IMG/VR virus record: IMGVR_UViG_3300020576_003687 | DNA: 20,000 nucleotides | Source: an uncultured virus (IMG/VR IMGVR_UViG_3300020576_003687) | Lineage: Duplodnaviria > Heunggongvirae > Uroviricota > Caudoviricetes | Direction: 5' to 3' (one strand) | Shown: one piece after another, positions 16,907 through 20,000 of the stretch | Layout of the letters: each line of letters starts with the position of its first letter | Position numbering within the stretch: position 1 is the stretch's first letter | The notes under the pieces: model-generated | Database searches by the model: none | What the model saw: the letters and a program-made list of their open reading frames with translations, nothing else | Told to the model about the DNA's origin: nothing | Position numbers and translations under genes: made by a program

Positions 16907-18826
16907 ATGCCTGGTGAATCAATTGGAAAAAGAAAATGGTGGCATTGTATTCTTAATATCAAGGATAGAGAGAGTGGCGATACGCTAACGACTATAACGA
17001 GCGTAGACCCAAACGATCCTGCTGATAATGCTAATCCTCGTTCGGTTTTGGCGTATTCTTCTTATTTTGTTGGCTGCTATCCTGTTGAGGTTCCTGTTCG
17101 TTCATTTGACAGGTCTAGATCTCCAGGATACTTTGTTATGATGCCTTCTGTCTCGGCGCTTTCGGATTCAATTGTTGATGTCGAAACCTATCAAGACGCT
17201 ATCAATCTAAATAATAGAAGAATATTCGAGTTCATAAGAACAGCCGGTTATAATGCCAATTGCGAAGCTCAAGTTCCAAATAGATATGATACATTTGCAT
17301 ATGAAACCATAACAAACGATCTTAGCAGCAACGTATTTAGGTATCCGCAAATTCCGTTGTATACTCAAATAGGATGTTGCGAAGTTGAGCTTTCTATTCC
17401 AAGTACGGATCTTCCTCAACCTGGCGTTATTGGAAGAGCAACAAGAATTTGGTATCTTACTAGAGTCATAGATCAAAATACTGGCGAAGCAACATATTCC
17501 TTATATTCTTATGATTTTGCGTTACTTTCTGGCGCGCTAGTTTTTAGAGGCAATATTGATGTTTCAGTATCTCCAAATATTGTATTGTATGATATAACTT
17601 GGATACCTATTGACAATACGCTGCTTGTTTTAACAAATGACGGTATAAGAAGACTTTATCCTGGATCTTTAACTTCAAACGCAAGATTAGGTGAAGTTGC
17701 TACATTTGATAGGGGCGGTCTTGGGCAGAATGTTTGTATTTTCTCTAGCGACAATTCTTGTAGCTTTACTATACCTTCCAATGCTCTTGATGGATATAGT
17801 CCTAAAATTGAATACAATATTTACGATGCTTCTCTGTATCTTTTTCATCCAGTACACACTAATAACCAGTTTGGTATCAATTCTCAACCTGCTTATATTA
17901 GAATGGAATATTCGGAAAGAACGGGAGTTAGGTATTTATCTCACTCTCTTATAAATGCGACTTTTTCTGGATCATATAGTATTGGAGGATTGGCGTACCC
18001 GTCAACTTATTCTTCTTCTTTACAGGCATATTGTATGCTGAATGATTCGTTAGCAAATATAGGCGTTACTGGAGATATAACACCTGTTTCTCCAACTAAT
18101 AATCTCTTTGCAGGACTTGAAACTCTTGCATTTATTGAAGATCCTGACAATACTCTTACTGGACAAGTTCTTTATACAAGCAATCCTGCCGGTCAACTCT
18201 TTAGAGTCAATATAGACGCTGTAACTCCAGTTGATACGGGTTATACTTTGTCTGCCTCTCCGATAGGTTCAACAACAACAATAAACGGAGAAGATACAAG
18301 GGTTTCGCCATTCCCATTTGTTCTTGGTCGTTCTCATTGGTTGTTCTTGGTTGACATTAGTGCTTCTATGTCTGGTCAAAGAATCAGCATGATTATTGAC
18401 GCTTTCAGAGGAATGATGCAGTCTTATGTCAGATATAATGACAAGATTACGATTATTGGATTCAACGATAGAAGCCCGATTAGAATAAGCAAAGAGCTTA
18501 AAACATATTCGGACGCAAATGAAATAATCTCTTATCTTGAAACATTCTTTATACCGTCAGGGGTTTCAACAAACTTCTGTTCTGCTATTTCGAATCTGTA
18601 TACAGAGTTTAATGACTTGAAGAATATTTTCATTCTTTCAGACGGAACGTTTGATGATTGCGGACAAGACGCAAACTTCCCGTTTACTGTTAGAACGAGT
18701 TTTGCTCAGCTACTGTCGGCTAATCCTGGAATGGTTGTTACTTCAGTTGGAGTTATGACCTCATCGCCGCCGCCAGTATTGCAGTATCTTTCAACTCTTT
18801 TTGGTCCTTATGTCGATTGGAGATAA
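16907..18826 (+). CDS. vWA (MIDAS) domain protein with beta-rich, possibly propeller-like middle region
   Basis: WLFLVDISASMSG (DxSxS at 18353-18367), DKITIIGFN, STNF, IFILSDG (D at 18641), VTSVGV; middle region has LYDITW / IGGLAY / LETLAF / GQLFRVN blade-like strings. Confidence 0.8.
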   Translation: MPGESIGKRKWWHCILNIKDRESGDTLTTITSVDPNDPADNANPRSVLAYSSYFVGCYPVEVPVRSFDRSRSPGYFVMMPSVSALSDSIVDVETYQDAINLNNRRIFEFIRTAGYNANCEAQVPNRYDTFAYETITNDLSSNVFRYPQIPLYTQIGCCEVELSIPSTDLPQPGVIGRATRIWYLTRVIDQNTGEATYSLYSYDFALLSGALVFRGNIDVSVSPNIVLYDITWIPIDNTLLVLTNDGIRRLYPGSLTSNARLGEVATFDRGGLGQNVCIFSSDNSCSFTIPSNALDGYSPKIEYNIYDASLYLFHPVHTNNQFGINSQPAYIRMEYSERTGVRYLSHSLINATFSGSYSIGGLAYPSTYSSSLQAYCMLNDSLANIGVTGDITPVSPTNNLFAGLETLAFIEDPDNTLTGQVLYTSNPAGQLFRVNIDAVTPVDTGYTLSASPIGSTTTINGEDTRVSPFPFVLGRSHWLFLVDISASMSGQRISMIIDAFRGMMQSYVRYNDKITIIGFNDRSPIRISKELKTYSDANEIISYLETFFIPSGVSTNFCSAISNLYTEFNDLKNIFILSDGTFDDCGQDANFPFTVRTSFAQLLSANPGMVVTSVGVMTSSPPPVLQYLSTLFGPYVDWR

Positions 18827-18878
18827 TGTTGTGCAGCTTGATTGCGAATCGCTTTTTGAACCGATGAGAAAATAAACC

Positions 18879-20000
18879 ATGACAGATCCATTTGACCTAT
18901 CTCAATATGTGACTTCTTTCAAGAAGGTATCAAATTACGTTCCGCAAACATTTCAGTTTGCGGACTTTGATACTATTTTTTCGCAGGTAGCAGAAGCTAT
19001 TCGTATGAGACAGGCTGGAGTTTCGATTGGTTTTTCAATCCCAGAAAATGCATTTATTAACGTTGAATCTTATGATACAACCAGTCCAACAGGCCTTATT
19101 GACTCTATAGAAAGATTTCAAGACGCCATTAGAGAGCTTGTCTATGGTAATATTCTAGAAGAATACGGTAAGCTTCCTGATTGCGATGTTTATGTTGGGT
19201 TTTTCCACTATAGCGGCGGTTTGCCTATTATTGGCGTATCAGCTATAGCTCCAAATGGAGTTGATTTTACTCCGCCTCCAGACCCGTTTGCTTCCGCAAA
19301 TATAATCGAGTTTGCTAAAGATATAGGTAGTCGAATTAATGAACTTATCTATGCGTTAAACATTCTTAGGTATCTTCATGGTAAGATGTATATCCCGTAT
19401 CCTCATGACGACGGGTGTAATCCTCCGCCTTCTCTTGATTGCACTCCAATCATAGATCAAACTCAAATTAGAATTCAATATGAAACATATACAGTTAAAG
19501 ACCATGTTATAGTATTGTCTGCTTTAGCTGATCCGAATGATATTACGACAAACTTATGCAACTTTGGAGGCGGTCCTCCTCCTTATCCATATGGAGTTGA
19601 TCCGGCTCATATCTTGTTTGATTCAGGATGTTGCGGTTGCAATGGAGACGTTATAGTTGACGTTAATCCTTCTGATTTGCCGCCGCAGCTTGTTGTTATT
19701 CCAAATTGTGATGGCGGTTCAGGAACTGCTTGGTGGGTTCATATTTACTATCTTGACGGTCCTGGCATCTGTCAGCTTATACATACGGCTGGCCGTGATG
19801 TTGGTCATTGTCTTTCCCCGCCGCCTATTTCTCCACCACCACAATCATCATCTCTTTCTCTGTCTCCTGGCGTGTCACTGAGTCCATCGTCTATTGTTAG
19901 TCTTTCTCCTGGAAGCCCACCGCCCCCGCCACCGCCGCCACCGCCGCCACCGCCGCCACCGCCGCCGCCACCGCCGCCACCGCCGCCGCCGCCGCCGCCG
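18879..20000 (+). CDS. 3'-truncated Cys/Pro-rich protein (at least 374 aa) with polyproline tract; not in supplied ORF track
   Basis: Manual translation from ATG 18879 (MTDPFDLSQYVTSFKKVSNYVPQTFQF...LFDSGCCGCNGD...SLSPGSPPPP...) has no stop before the window end; an in-frame TAA at 18873-18875 bounds the start. Confidence 0.85.
   Translation, partial: MTDPFDLSQYVTSFKKVSNYVPQTFQFADFDTIFSQVAEAIRMRQAGVSIGFSIPENAFINVESYDTTSPTGLIDSIERFQDAIRELVYGNILEEYGKLPDCDVYVGFFHYSGGLPIIGVSAIAPNGVDFTPPPDPFASANIIEFAKDIGSRINELIYALNILRYLHGKMYIPYPHDDGCNPPPSLDCTPIIDQTQIRIQYETYTVKDHVIVLSALADPNDITTNLCNFGGGPPPYPYGVDPAHILFDSGCCGCNGDVIVDVNPSDLPPQLVVIPNCDGGSGTAWWVHIYYLDGPGICQLIHTAGRDVGHCLSPPPISPPPQSSSLSLSPGVSLSPSSIVSLSPGSPPPPPPPPPPPPPPPPPPPPPPPPPPPP
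19917..20000 (+). repeat. (CCN)n trinucleotide repeat, mostly CCG/CCA, encoding at least 28 prolines
   Basis: Direct reading: cca ccg ccc ccg cca ccg ccg cca ... ccg to the window end, in frame with the ORF at 18879. Confidence 0.95.

Noticed and set aside
18836..18858. Possible terminator (GATT-GCG-AATC / GCGAATCGC then TTTTT) after the vWA gene
   Set aside because: Stem of only about 4 bp with too small a loop; not convincing.
19657..19881. 74-aa + strand ORF in the track
   Set aside because: Out-of-frame passenger within the longer ORF starting at 18879.
1..20000. Stop-codon reassignment, introns/inteins, tRNAs, CRISPR arrays, transposases
   Set aside because: Genes are full-length and tightly packed in the standard code with TAA, TGA and TAG all used as stops. 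Intergenic gaps are about 50 nt or less, and no intein, repeat-spacer or IS signatures were seen.

Overview
A 20 kb window with all real genes on the + strand, tightly packed or overlapping, in the standard genetic code. Content and gene order look like a very large (huge/jumbo) phage or similar large element rather than a bacterial chromosome; this is an inference, as no capsid, portal or large terminase gene lies in the window. The left part has a DNA polymerase III-type clamp/clamp-loader cassette (dnaX gamma-like, dnaN-like, holA-like) interrupted by a SigH-like sigma factor, then an orphan DnaJ, an NAD-dependent sugar epimerase and a phage-type RuvC-like resolvase. The middle has several hypothetical proteins and an 895-aa tRNA nucleotidyltransferase (CCA-adding family). 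Its catalytic head reads like the fungal/plant Cca1 type, yet it carries a bacterial-type HD domain plus extra N- and C-terminal modules bounded by short K-x-A / WY motifs that recur in neighbouring proteins (possible processing or packaging signal). The right part encodes three large Ser/Thr/Asn/Pro-rich, probably virion or surface proteins: 1410 aa, 639 aa with a C-terminal vWA/MIDAS domain, and a 3'-truncated ORF missing from the ORF track that ends in at least 28 consecutive prolines. No tRNA, rRNA, CRISPR array or transposase was seen.
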